Shown here in pieces: positions 35,601-48,128 of a DNA stretch of 64,000 bases; positions within the stretch are counted from its first letter, which is position 1; each line of letters begins with the position of its first letter. A program made the position numbers and the translations under genes. The notes beneath the pieces are model-generated. The model worked only from the letters and a program-made list of their open reading frames with translations. It did not search any database and was not told the origin of the DNA. Source of the DNA: the human T2T-CHM13v2.0 reference genome, Homo sapiens; NCBI RefSeq assembly GCF_009914755.1, contig NC_060934.1. One strand, 5' to 3'.

Positions 35601-38600
35601 TGTATTCAACTCACAGAGTTGAACCTTTCTTTAGAGAGAGCAGAGTTGAAACACTCTTTTTGTGGAATTTGCTAGTGCAGATTTCAAACGCTTCGAAGAC
35701 AGTGATAGAAAAGGATATATCTTCGTATTAAAACTAGACAAAATCATTCTCAGAAAACACTTTGTGATGTGTGTGTTCAACTCACAGAGTTTAACCTTTC
35801 TTTAATCGAGCAGTTTGGAAATACACTCTTTGTAAGTCTGCAGGTGGATAATTGGCCCTCTTTGAGCCCTTCATTGGAAACGGGATTTCCTCATATAATG
35901 CTAGACAGAAGAATTCTCAGTAACTTCTTTGTGTTGTTTGTATTCAACTCACAGATTTGAACCTTCCTTTAGAGAGAGCAGATTTGAAACACTCTGTTTT
36001 TGGAATTTGCAAGGGCAGATTTCAAGCGCTTCTAGGCCTATGGCAGAAAAGGAAATATCTTCGTATAAAAACTACACAGAATCATTCTCAACAACTACTT
36101 TGTGATGTGTGCGTTCAACTCACAGAGTTTAACCTTTCTTTTCATAGAGCAGTTTGGAAACACTCTGTTTGTAAAGCCTGCAAGTGCTTTTTTGGACTTC
36201 ATTGAGGCCTTCGTTGGAAACGGGATTTCTTCATATAATGCTAGACAGAAGAATTCTCAGTCACTTCTTTGTGTTGTGTGTATTCAAGTCACAGAGTTGA
36301 ACCTTCCTTTAGACAGAGCAGTTTTGAAAAATTCTTTCTGTGGAATTTGCAAGTGGAGATTTCAAGCGATTTGTGGCTAATCTTTGAAATGGAAATATCT
36401 TCGTGTAAAAACTACACAGAATCATTCTCAGAAACTGCTTTGTCATCTGTGCGTTCAGTTCACAGAGTTTCACCTTTCTCTTCATAGAGCAGTTTGGAAA
36501 GACTCTGTCTGTAAAGTCTGCAAGTGATTAGTTAGACCCCTTTGAGGCCTTCGTTGGAAGCGGGATTTCTCATTTACTGCTAGACAGAAGAATTCTCAGT
36601 AAATCCTTTGTGTTGTGTGTATTCAACTCACAGAGTGGAACCTTCCTTTATTCAGAGCAGTTTTGAAACACTCTTTTTGTGGAATTTGCAAGTGGAGATT
36701 TCAAGCGATTTGACGCCAATCTTAGACATGGAAATATCTTCATATTAAAAGTACACAGAGTCATTCGTAGAAACTAGTTTGTGATGTGTGCCTTCAACTC
36801 ACAGAGTTTAACCTTTCTTTTCATAGAGCAGTTGGGAAACACTCTATTTGTAAAGTCTGCAAGTGGATATTTGGACCTCTTTGAGGCCTTCGTTGGAAAC
36901 AGGATTTCTTCATACAACGCTAGACAGAAGAATTCTCAGTAACTTCTTTGTGTTGAGTGTATTCAACTCACAGAGTTGAACCTTTCTTTAGAGGGAGCAG
37001 AGGTGAAACACTCTTTTTGTGGAATTTGCTAGTGTAGATTTCAAACGCTTCGAAGACAGTGATAGAAAAGGGTATATCTTCGTATTAAAAGTAGACAAAA
37101 TCATTCTCAGAAAACTCTTTGTGATGTGTGTGTTCAACTCACAGAGTTTAACCTTTCTTTAATCGAGCAGTTTGGAAATACACTCTTTGTAAGTCTGCAG
37201 GTGGATATTTGGCCCTCTTTGAGCCCTTCGTTGGAAACGGGATTTCCTCATATAATGCTAGACTGAAGAATTCTCAGTAACTTCTTTGTGTTGTTTGTAT
37301 TCAACACACAGATTTGAACCTTCCTTTAGAGAGAGCAGATTTGAAACACTCTGTTTTTGGAATTTGCAAGGGCAGATTTCAAGCGCTTCTAGGCCTATGG
37401 CAGAAAAGGAAATATCTTCGTATAAAAACTACACAGAATCATTCTCAACAACTACTTTGTGATGTGTGCGTTCAACTCACAGAGTTTAACCTTTCTTTTC
37501 ATAGAGCAGTTTGGAAACACTCTGTTTGTAAAGCCTGCAAGTGCTTTTTTGGACTTCATTGAGGCCTTCGTTGGAAACGGGATTTCTTCATATAATGCTA
37601 GACAGAAGAATTCTCAGTCACTTCTTTGTGTTGTGTGTATTCAAGTCACAGAGTTGAACCTTCCTTTAGACAGAGCAGTTTTGAAAAATTCTTTCTGTGG
37701 AATTTGCAAGTGGAGATTTCAAGCGATTTGTGGCTAATCTTTGAAATGGAAATATCTTCGTGTAAAAACTACACAGAATCATTCTCAGAAACTGCTTTGT
37801 CATCTGTGCGTTCAGTTCACAGAGTTTCACCTTTCTCTTCATAGAGCAGTTTGGAAAGACTCTGTCTGTAAAGTCTGCAAGTGATTAGTTAGACCCCTTT
37901 GAGGCCTTCGTTGGAAGCGGGATTTCTCATTTACTGCTAGACAGAAGAATTCTCAGTAAATCCTTTGTGTTGTGTGTATTCAACTCACAGAGTGGAACCT
38001 TCCTTTATTCAGAGCAGTTTTGAAACACTCTTTTTGTGGAATTTGCAAGTGGAGATTTCAAGCGATTTGACGCCAATCTTAGACATGGAAATATCTTCAT
38101 ATTAAAAGTACACAGAGTCATTCGTAGAAACTAGTTTGTGATGTGTGCCTTCAACTCACAGAGTTTAACCTTTCTTTTCATAGAGCAGTTGGGAAACACT
38201 CTATTTGTAAAGTCTGCAAGTGGATATTTGGACCTCTTTGAGGCCTTCGTTGGAAACAGGATTTCTTCATACAACGCTAGACAGAAGAATTCTCAGTAAC
38301 TTCTTTGTGTTGAGTGTATTCAACTCACAGAGTTGAACCTTTCTTTAGAGGGAGCAGAGGTGAAACACTCTTTTTGTGGAATTTGCTAGTGTAGATTTCA
38401 AACGCTTCGAAGACAGTGATAGAAAAGGGTATATCTTCGTATTAAAAGTAGACAAAATCATTCTCAGAAAACTCTTTGTGATGTGTGTGTTCAACTCACA
38501 GAGTTTAACCTTTCTTTAATCGAGCAGTTTGGAAATACACTCTTTGTAAGTCTGCAGGTGGATATTTGGCCCTCTTTGAGCCCTTCGTTGGAAACGGGAT

Positions 38601-41600
38601 TTCCTCATATAATGCTAGACTGAAGAATTCTCAGTAACTTCTTTGTGTTGTTTGTATTCAACACACAGATTTGAACCTTCCTTTAGAGAGAGCAGATTTG
38701 AAACACTCTGTTTTTGGAATTTGCAAGTGCAGATTTCAAGCGCTTCTAGGCCTATGGCAGAAAAGGAAATATCTTCGTATAAAAACTACACAGAATCATT
38801 CTCAACAACTACTTTGTGATGTGTGCGTTCAACTCACAGAGGTTAACCTTTCTTTTCATAGAGCAGTTTGGAAACACTCTGTTTGTAAAGCCTGCAAGTG
38901 CTTTTTTGGACTTCATTGAGGCCTTCGTTGGAAACGGGATTTCTTCATACAACGCTAGACAGAAGAATTCTCAGTAACTTCTTTGTCTTGTGTGTATTCA
39001 ACTCACAGAGTTGAACCTTTCTTTAGAGAGAACAGAGTTGAAACACTCTGTTTTTGGAATTTGCAAGTGCAGATTTCAAGCGATTCTAGGCCTATGGCAG
39101 AAAAGGAAATATCTTCGTATAAAAACTACACAGAATCATTCTCAACAACTACTTTGTGATGTGTGCGTTCAACTCACAGAGTTTAACCTTTCTTTTCATA
39201 GAGCAGTTTGGAAACACTCTGTTTGTAAAGCCTGCAAGTGCTTTTTTGGACTTCATTGAGGCCTTCTTTGGAAACGGGATTTCTTCATATAATGCTAGAC
39301 AGAAGAATTCTCAGTCACTTCTTTGTGTTGTGTGTATTCAAGTCACAGAGTTGAACCTTCCCTTAGACAGAGCAGTTTTGAAAAATTCTTTCTGTGTAAT
39401 TTGCAAGTGGAGATTTCAAGCGATTTGAGGCTAATCTTTGAAATGGAAATATCTTCGTGTAAAAACTACACAGAATCATTCTCAGAAACTGCTTTGTCAT
39501 CTGTGCGTTCAGTTCACAGAGTTTCACCTTTCTCTTCATAGAGCAGTTTGGAAAGACTCTGTCTGTAAATTCTGCAAGTGATTAGTTAGACCCCTTTGAG
39601 GACTTCGTTGGAAGCGGGATTTCTCATTTACTGCTAGACAGAAGAATTCTCAGTAAATCCTTTGTGTTGTGTGTATTCAACTCACAGAGTGGAACCTTCC
39701 TTTATTCAGAGCAGTTTTGAAACACTCTTTTTGTGGAATTTGCAAGTGGAGATTTCAAGCGATTTGACGCCAATCTTAGACATGGAAATATCTTCATATT
39801 AAAAGTACACAGAATCATTCGTAGAAACTAGTTTGTGATGTGTGCCTTCAACTCACAGAGTTTAACCTTTCTTTTCATAGAGCAGTTCGGAAACATTCTA
39901 TTTGTAAAGTCTGCAAGTGGATATTTGGACCTCTTTGAGGCCTTCGTTGGAAAAGGGATTTCTTCATATAACGCTAGACAGAAGAATTCTCAGTAACTTC
40001 TTTGTGTTGTGTGTATTCAACTCACAGAGTTGAACCTTTCTTTAGAGAGAGCAGAGTTGAAACACTCTTTTTGTGGAATTTGCTAGTGCAGATTTCAAAC
40101 GCTTCGAAGACAGTGATAGAAAAGGATATATCTTCGTATTAAAACTAGACAAAATCATTCTCAGAAAACACTTTGTGATGTGTGTGTTCAACTCACAGAG
40201 TTTAACCTTTCTTTAATCGAGCAGTTTGGAAATACACTCTTTGTAAGTCTGCAGGTGGATAATTGGCCCTCTTTGAGCCCTTCATTGGAAACGGGATTTC
40301 CTCATATAATGCTAGACAGAAGAATTCTCAGTAACTTCTGTGTGTTGTTTGTATTCAACTCACAGATTTGAACCTTCCTTTAGAGAGAGCAGATTTGAAA
40401 CACTCTGTTTTTGGAATTTGCAAGTGCAGATTTCAAGCGCTTCTAGGCCTATGGCAGAAAAGTAAATATCTTCGTATAAAAACTACACAGAATCATTCTC
40501 AACAACTACTTTGTGATGTGTGCGTTAAACTCACAGAGTTTAACCTTTCTTTTCATAGAGCAGTTTGGAAACACTCTGTTTGTAAAGCCTGCAAGTGCTT
40601 TTTTGGACTTCATTGAGGCCTTCGTTGGAAACGGGATTTCTTCATATAATGCTAGACAGAAGAATTCTCAGTCACTTCTTTGTGTTGTGTGTATTCAAGT
40701 CACAGAGTTGAACCTTCTTTTAGACAGAGCAGTTTTGAAAAATTCTTTCTGTGGAATTTGCAAGTGGAGATTTCAAGCGATTTGAGGCTAATCTTTGAAA
40801 TGGAAATATCTTCGTGTAAAAACTACACAGAATCATTCTCAGAAACTGCTTTGTCATCTGTGCGTTCAGTTCACAGAGTTTCACCTTTCTCTTCATAGAG
40901 CAGTTTGGAAAGACTCTGTCTGTAAAGTCTGCAAGTGATTAGTTAGACCCCTTTGAGGCCTTCGTTGGAAGCGGGATTTCTCATTTACTGCTAGACAGAA
41001 GAATTCTCAGTAAATCCTTTGTGTTGTGTGTATTCAACTCACAGAGTGGAACCTTCCTTTATTCAGAGCAGTTTTGAAACACTCTTTTTGTGGAATTTGC
41101 AAGTGGAGATTTCAAGCGATTTGACGCCAATCTTAGACATGGAAATATCTTCATATTAAAAGTACACAGAGTCATTCGTAGAAACTAGTTTGTGATGTGT
41201 GCCTTCAACTCACAGAGTTTAACCTTTCTTTTCATAGAGCAGTTGGGAAACACTCTATTTGTAAAGTCTGCAAGTGGATATTTGGACCTCTTTGAGGCCT
41301 TCGTTGGAAACGGGATTTCTTCATATAACGCTAGACAGAAGAATTCTCAGTAACTTCTTTGTGTTGAGTGTATTCAACTCACAGAGTTGAACCTTTCTTT
41401 AGAGGGAGCAGAGGTGAAACACTCTTTTTGTGGAATTTGCTAGTGTAGATTTCAAACGCTTCGAAGACAGTGATAGAAAAGGATATATCTTCGTATTAAA
41501 AGTAGACAAAATCATTGTCAGAAAACTCTTTGTGATGTGTGTGTTCAACTCACAGAGTTTAACCTTTCTTTAATCGAGCAGTTTGGAAATACACTCTTTG

Positions 41601-44600
41601 TAAGTCTGCAGGTGGATATTTGGCCCTCTTTGAGCCCTTCTTTGGAAACGGGATTTCCTCTTATAATGCTAGACAGAAGAATTCTCAGTAACTTCTCTGT
41701 GTTGTTTGTATTCAACACACAGATTTGAACCTTCCTTTAGAGAGAGCAGATTTGAAACACTCTGTTTTTGGAATTTGCAAGTGCAGATTTCAAGCGCTTC
41801 TAGGCCTATGGCAGAAAAGGAAATATCTTCGTATAAAAACTACACAGAATCATTCTCAACAACTACTTTGTGATGTGTGCGTTCAACTCACAGAGTTTAA
41901 CCTTTCTTTTCATAGAGCAGTTTGGAAACACTCTGTTTGTAAAGCCTGCAAGTGCTTTTTTGGACTTCATTGAGGCCTTCGTTGGAAACGGGATTTCTTC
42001 ATATAATGCTAGACAGAAGAATTCTCAGTCACTTCTTTGTGTTGTGTGTATTCAAGTCACAGAGTTGAACCTTCCTTTAGACAGAGCAGTTTTGAAAAAT
42101 TCTTTCTGTGGAGTTTGCAAGTGGAGATTTCAAGCGATTTGAGGCTAATCTTTGAAATGGAAATATCTTCGTGTAAAAACTACACAGAATGATTCTCAAA
42201 AACTGCTTTGTCATCTGTGCGTTCAGTTCACAGAGTTTCACCTTTCTCTTCATAGAGCACTTTGGAAAGACTCTGTCTGTAAAGTCTGCAAGTGATTAGT
42301 TAGACCCCTTTGAGGCCTTCGTTGGAAGCGGGATTTCTCATTTACTGCTAGACAGAAGAATTCTCAGTAAATCCTTTGTGTTGTGTGTATTCAACTCACA
42401 GAGTGGAACCTTCCTTTATTCAGAGCAGTTTTGAAAAACACTTTTTGTGGAATTTGCAAGTGGAGATTTCAAGCGATTTGACGCCAATCTTAGACATGGA
42501 AATATCTTCATATTAAAAGTACACAGAGTCATTCGTAGAAACTAGTTTGTGATGTGTGCCTTCAACTCACAGAGTTTAACCTTTCTTTTCATAGAGCAGT
42601 TTGGAAACACTCTATTTGTAAAGTCTGCAAGTGGATATTTGGACCTCTTTGAGGCCTTCGTTGGAAACGGGATTTCTTCATACAACGCTAGACAGAAGAA
42701 TTCTCAGTAACTTCTTTGTGTTGTGTGTATTCAACTCACAGAGTTGAAACTTTCTTTAGAGGGAGCAGAGTTGAAACACTCTGTTTTTGGAATTTGCAAG
42801 TGCAGATTTCAAGCGATTCTAGGCCTACGGCAGAAAAGTAAATATCTTCGTATAAAAACTACACAGAATCATTCTCAACAACTACTTTGTGATGTGTGCG
42901 TTCAACTCACAGAGTTTAACCTTTCTTTTCATAGAGCAGTTTGGAAACACTCTGTTTGTAAAGCCTGCAAGTGCTTTTTTGGACTTCATTGAGGCCTTCG
43001 TTGGAAACGGGATTTCTTCATATAATGCTAGACAGAAGAATTCTCAGTCATTTCTTTGTGTTGTGTGTATTCAAGTCACAGAATTGAACCTTCCTTTAGA
43101 CAGAGCAGTTTTGAAAAATTCTTTCTGTGTAATTTGCAAGTGGAGATTTCAAGCGATTTGAGGCTAATCTTTGAAATCGAAATATCTTCGTGTAAAAACT
43201 ACACAGAATCATTCTCAGAAACTGCTTTGTCATCTGTGCGTTCAGTTCACAGAGTTTCACCTTTCTCTTCATAGAGCAGTTTGGAAAGACTCTGTCTGTA
43301 AAGTCTGCAAGTGATTAGTTAGAACCCTTTGAGGCCTTCGTTGGAAGCGGGATTTCTCATTTACTGCTAGACAGAAGAATTCTCAGTAAATCCTTTGTGT
43401 TGTGTGTATTCAACTCACAGAGTGGAACCTTCCTTTATTCAGAGCAGTTTTGAAACACTCTTTTTGTGGAATTTGCAAGTGGAGATTTCAAGTGATTTGA
43501 CGCCAATCTTAGACATGGAAATATCTTCATATTAAAAGTACACAGAGTCATTCGTAGAAACTAGTTTGTGATGTGTGCCTTCAACTCACAGAGTTTAACC
43601 TTTCTTTTCATAGAGCAGTTGGGAAACACTCTATTTGTAAAGTCTGCAAGTGGATATTTGGACCTCTTTGAGGCCTTCGTTGGAAACGGGATTTCTTCAT
43701 ATAACGCTAGACAGAAGAATTCTCAGTAACTTCTTTGTGTTGTGTGTATTCAACTCACAGAGTTGAACCTTTCTTTAGAGGGGGCAGAGGTGAAACACTC
43801 TTTTTGTGGAATTTGCTAGTGTAGATTTCAAACGCTTCGAAGACAGTGATAGAAAAGGATATATCTTCGTATTAAAAGTAGACAAAATCATTCTCAGAAA
43901 ACTCTTTGTGATGTGTGTGTTCAACTCACAGAGTTTAACCTTTCTTTAATCGAGCAGTTTGGAAATACACTCTTTGTAAGTCTGCAGGTGGATATTTGGC
44001 CCTCTTTGAGCCCTTCGTTGGAAACGGGATTTCCTCATATAATGCTAGACAGAAGAATTCTCAGTAACTTCTTTGTGTTGTTTGTATTCAACACACAGAT
44101 TTGAACCTTCCTTTAGAGAGAGCAGATTTGAAACACTCTGTTTTTGGAATTTGCAAGTGCAGATTTCAAGCGCTTCTAGGCCTATGGCAGAAAAGGAAAT
44201 ATCTTCGTATAAAAACTACACAGAATCATTCTCAACAACTACTTTGTGATGTGTGCGTTCAACTCACAGAGGTTAACCTTTCTTTTCATAGAGCAGTTTG
44301 GAAACACTCTGTTTGTAAAGCCTGCAAGTGCTTTTTTGGACTTCAATGAGGCCTTCGTTGGAAACGGGATTTCTTCATACAACGCTAGACAGAAGAATTC
44401 TCAGTAACTTCTTTGTGTTGTGTGTATTCAACTCACAGAGTTGAACCTTTCTTTAGAGAGAACAGAGTTGAAACACTCTGTTTTTGGAATTTGCAAGTGC
44501 AGATTTCAAGCGATTCTAGGCCTATGGCAGAAAAGGAAATATCTTCGTATAAAAACTACACAGAATCATTCTCAACAACTACTTTGTGATGTGTGCGTTC

Positions 44601-46091
44601 AACTCACAAAGTTTAACCTTTCTTTTCATAGAGCAGTTTGGAAACACCCTGTTTGTAAAGCCTGCAAGTGCTTTTTTGGACTTCATTGAGGCCTTCGTTG
44701 GAAACGGGATTTCTTCATATAATGCTAGACAGAAGAATTCTCAGTCACTTCTTTGTGTTGTGTGTATTCAAGTCACAGAGTTGAACCTTCCCTTAGACAG
44801 AGCAGTTTTGAAAAATTCTTTCTGTGGAATTTGCAAGTGGAGATTTCAAGCGATTTGAGGCTAATCTTTGAAATGGAAATATCTTCGTGTAAAAACTACA
44901 CAGAATCATTCTCAGAAACTGCTTTGACTTCTGTGCGTTCAGTTCACAGAGTTTCACCTTTCTCTTCATAGAGCAGTTTGCAAAGACTCTGTCTGTAAAG
45001 TCTGCAAGTGATTAGTTAGACCCCTTTGAGGCCTTCGTTGGAAGCGGGATTTCTCATTTACTGCTAGACAGAAGAATTCTCAGTAAATCCTTTGTGTTGT
45101 GTGTATTCAACTCACAGAGTGGAACCTTCCTTTATTCAGAGCAGTTTTGAAACACTCTTTTTGTGGAATTTGCAAGTGGAGATTTCAAGCGATTTGACGC
45201 CAATCTTAGACATGGAAATATCTTCATATTAAAAGTACACAGAATCATTCGTAGAAACTAGTTTGTGATGTGTGCCTTCAACTCACAGAGTTTAACCTTT
45301 CTTTTCATAGAGCAGTTCGGAAACATTCTATTTGTAAAGTCTGCAAGTGGATATTTGGACCTCTTTGAGGCCTTCGTTGGAAAAGGGATTTCTTCATATA
45401 ACGCTAGACAGAAGAATTCTCAGTAACTTCTTTGTGTTGTGTGTATTCAACTCACAGAGTTGAACCTTTCTTTAGAGAGAGCAGAGTTGAAACACTCTTT
45501 TTGTGGAATTTGCTAGTGCAGATTTCAAACGCTTCGAAGACAGTGATAGAAAAGGATATATCTTCGTATTAAAAGTAGACAAAATCATTCTCAGAAAACA
45601 CTTTGTGATGTGTGTGTTCAACTCACAGAGTTTAACCTTTCTTTAATCGAGCAGTTTGGAAATACACTCTTTGTAAGTCTGCAGGTGGATAATTGGCCCT
45701 CTTTGAGCCCTTCATTGGAAACGGGATTTCCTCATATAATGCTAGACAGAAGAATTCTCAGTAACTTCTTTGTGTTGTTTGTATTCAACTCACAGATTTG
45801 AACCTTCCTTTAGAGAGAGCAGATTTGAAACACTCTGTTTTTGGAATTTGCAAGTGCAGATTTCAAGCGCTTCTAGGCCTATGGCAGAAAAGGAAATATC
45901 TTCGTATAAAAACTACACAGAATCATTCTCAACAACTACTTTGTGATGTGTGCGTTCAACTCACAGAGTTTAACCTTTCTTTTCATAGAGCAGTTTGGAA
46001 ACACTCTGTTTGTAAAGCCTGCAAGTGCTTTTTTGGACTTCATTGAGGTCTTCATTGGAAACGGGATTTCTTCATATAATGCTAGACAGAA

Positions 46092-48128
46092 GAATTCTCA
46101 GTCACTTCTTTGTGTTGTGTGTATTCAAGTCACAGAGTTGAACCTTCCTTTAGACAGAGCAGTTTTGAAAAATTCTTTCTGTGGAATTTGCAAGTGGAGA
46201 TTTCAAGCGATTTGAGGCTAATCTTTGAAATGGAAATATCTTCGTGTAAAAACTACACAGAATCATTCTCAGAAACTGCTTTGTCATCTGTGCGTTCAGT
46301 TCACAGAGTTTCACCTTTCTCTTCATAGAGCAGTTTGGAAAGACTCTGTCTGTAAAGTCTGCAAGTGATTAGTTAGACCCCTTTGAGGCCTTCGTTGGAA
46401 GCGGGATTTCTCATTTACTGCTAGACAGAAGAATTCTCAGTAAATCCTTTGTGTTGTGTGTATTCAACTCACAGAGTGGAACCTTCCTTTATTCAGAGCA
46501 GTTTTGAAACACTCTTTTTGTGGAATTTGCAAGTGGAGATTTCAAGCGATTTGACGCCAATCTTAGACATGGAAATATCTTCATATTAAAAGTACACAGA
46601 GTCATTCGTAGAAACTAGTTTGTGATGTGTGCCTTCAACTCACAGAGTTTAACCTTTCTTTTCATAGAGCAGTTGGGAAACACTCTATTTGTAAAGTCTG
46701 CAAGTGGATATTTGGACCTCTTTGAGGCCTTCGTTGGAAACAGGATTTCTTCATACAACGCTAGACAGAAGAATTCTCAGTAACTTCTTTGTGTTGAGTG
46801 TATTCAACTCACAGAGTTGAACCTTTCTTTAGAGGGAGCAGAGGTGAAACACTCTTTTTGTGGAATTTGCTAGTGTAGATTTCAAACGCTTCGAAGACAG
46901 TGATAGAAAAGGGTATATCTTCGTATTAAAAGTAGACAAAATCATTCTCAGAAAACTCTTTGTGATGTGTGTGTTCAACTCACAGAGTTTAACCTTTCTT
47001 TAATCGAGCAGTTTGGAAATACACTCTTTTTAAGTCTGCAGGTGGATATTTGGCCCTCTTTGAGCCCTTCGTTGGAAACGGGATTTCCTCATATAATGCT
47101 AGACAGAAGAATTCTCAGTAACTTCTTTGTGTTGTTTGTATTCAACACACAGATTTGAACCTTCCTTTAGAGAGAGCAGATTTGAAACACTCTGTTTTTG
47201 GAATTTGCAAGTGCAGATTTCAAGCGCTTCTAGGCCTATGGCAGAAAAGGAAATATCTTCGTATAAAAACTACACAGAATCATTCTCAACAACTACTTTG
47301 TGATGTGTGCGTTCAACTCACAGAGGTTAACCTTTCTTTTCATAGAGCAGTTTGGAAACACTCTGTTTGTAAAGCCTGCAAGTGCTTTTTTGGACTTCAT
47401 TGAGGCCTTCGTTGGAAACGGGATTTCTTCATACAACGCTAGACAGAAGAATTCTCAGTAACTTCTTTGTGTTGTGTGTATTCAACTCACAGAGTTGAAC
47501 CATTCTTTAGAGAGAACAGAGTTGAAACACTCTGTTTTTGGAATTTGCAAGTGCAGATTTCAAGCGATTCTAGGCCTATGGCAGAAAAGGAAATATCTTC
47601 GTATAAAAACTACACAGAATCATTCTCAACAACTACTTTGTGATGTGTGCGTTCAACTCACAGAGGTTAACCTTTCTTTTCATAGAGCAGTTTGGAAACA
47701 CTCTGTTTGTAAAGCCTGCAAGTGCTTTTTTTGACTTCATTGAGGCCTTCGTTGGAAACGGGATTTCTTCATACAACGCTAGACAGAAGAATTCTCAGTA
47801 ACTTCTTTGTGTTGTGTGTATTCAACTCACAGAGTTGAACCTTTCTTTAGAGAGAACAGAGTTGAAACACTCTGTTTTTGGAATTTGCAAGTGCAGATTT
47901 CAAGCGATTCTAGGCCTATGGCAGAAAAGGAAATATCTTCGTATAAAAACTACACAGAATCATTCTCAACAACTACTTTGTGATGTGTGCGTTCAACTCA
48001 CAGAGTTTAACCTTTCTTTTCATAGAGCAGTTTGGAAACACTCTGTTTGTAAAGCCTGCAAGTGCTTTTTTGGACTTCATTGAGGCCTTCGTTGGAAACG
48101 GGATTTCTTCATATAATGCTAGACAGAA
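46092..48128 (+). repeat. Single 12-mer HOR variant (B-C-D-A-A'-A', 2037 bp)
   Basis: Three consecutive A-type dimers (ORF-track markers at 47155, 47474, 47814) before the next dimer B at 48129. Confidence 0.92.
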
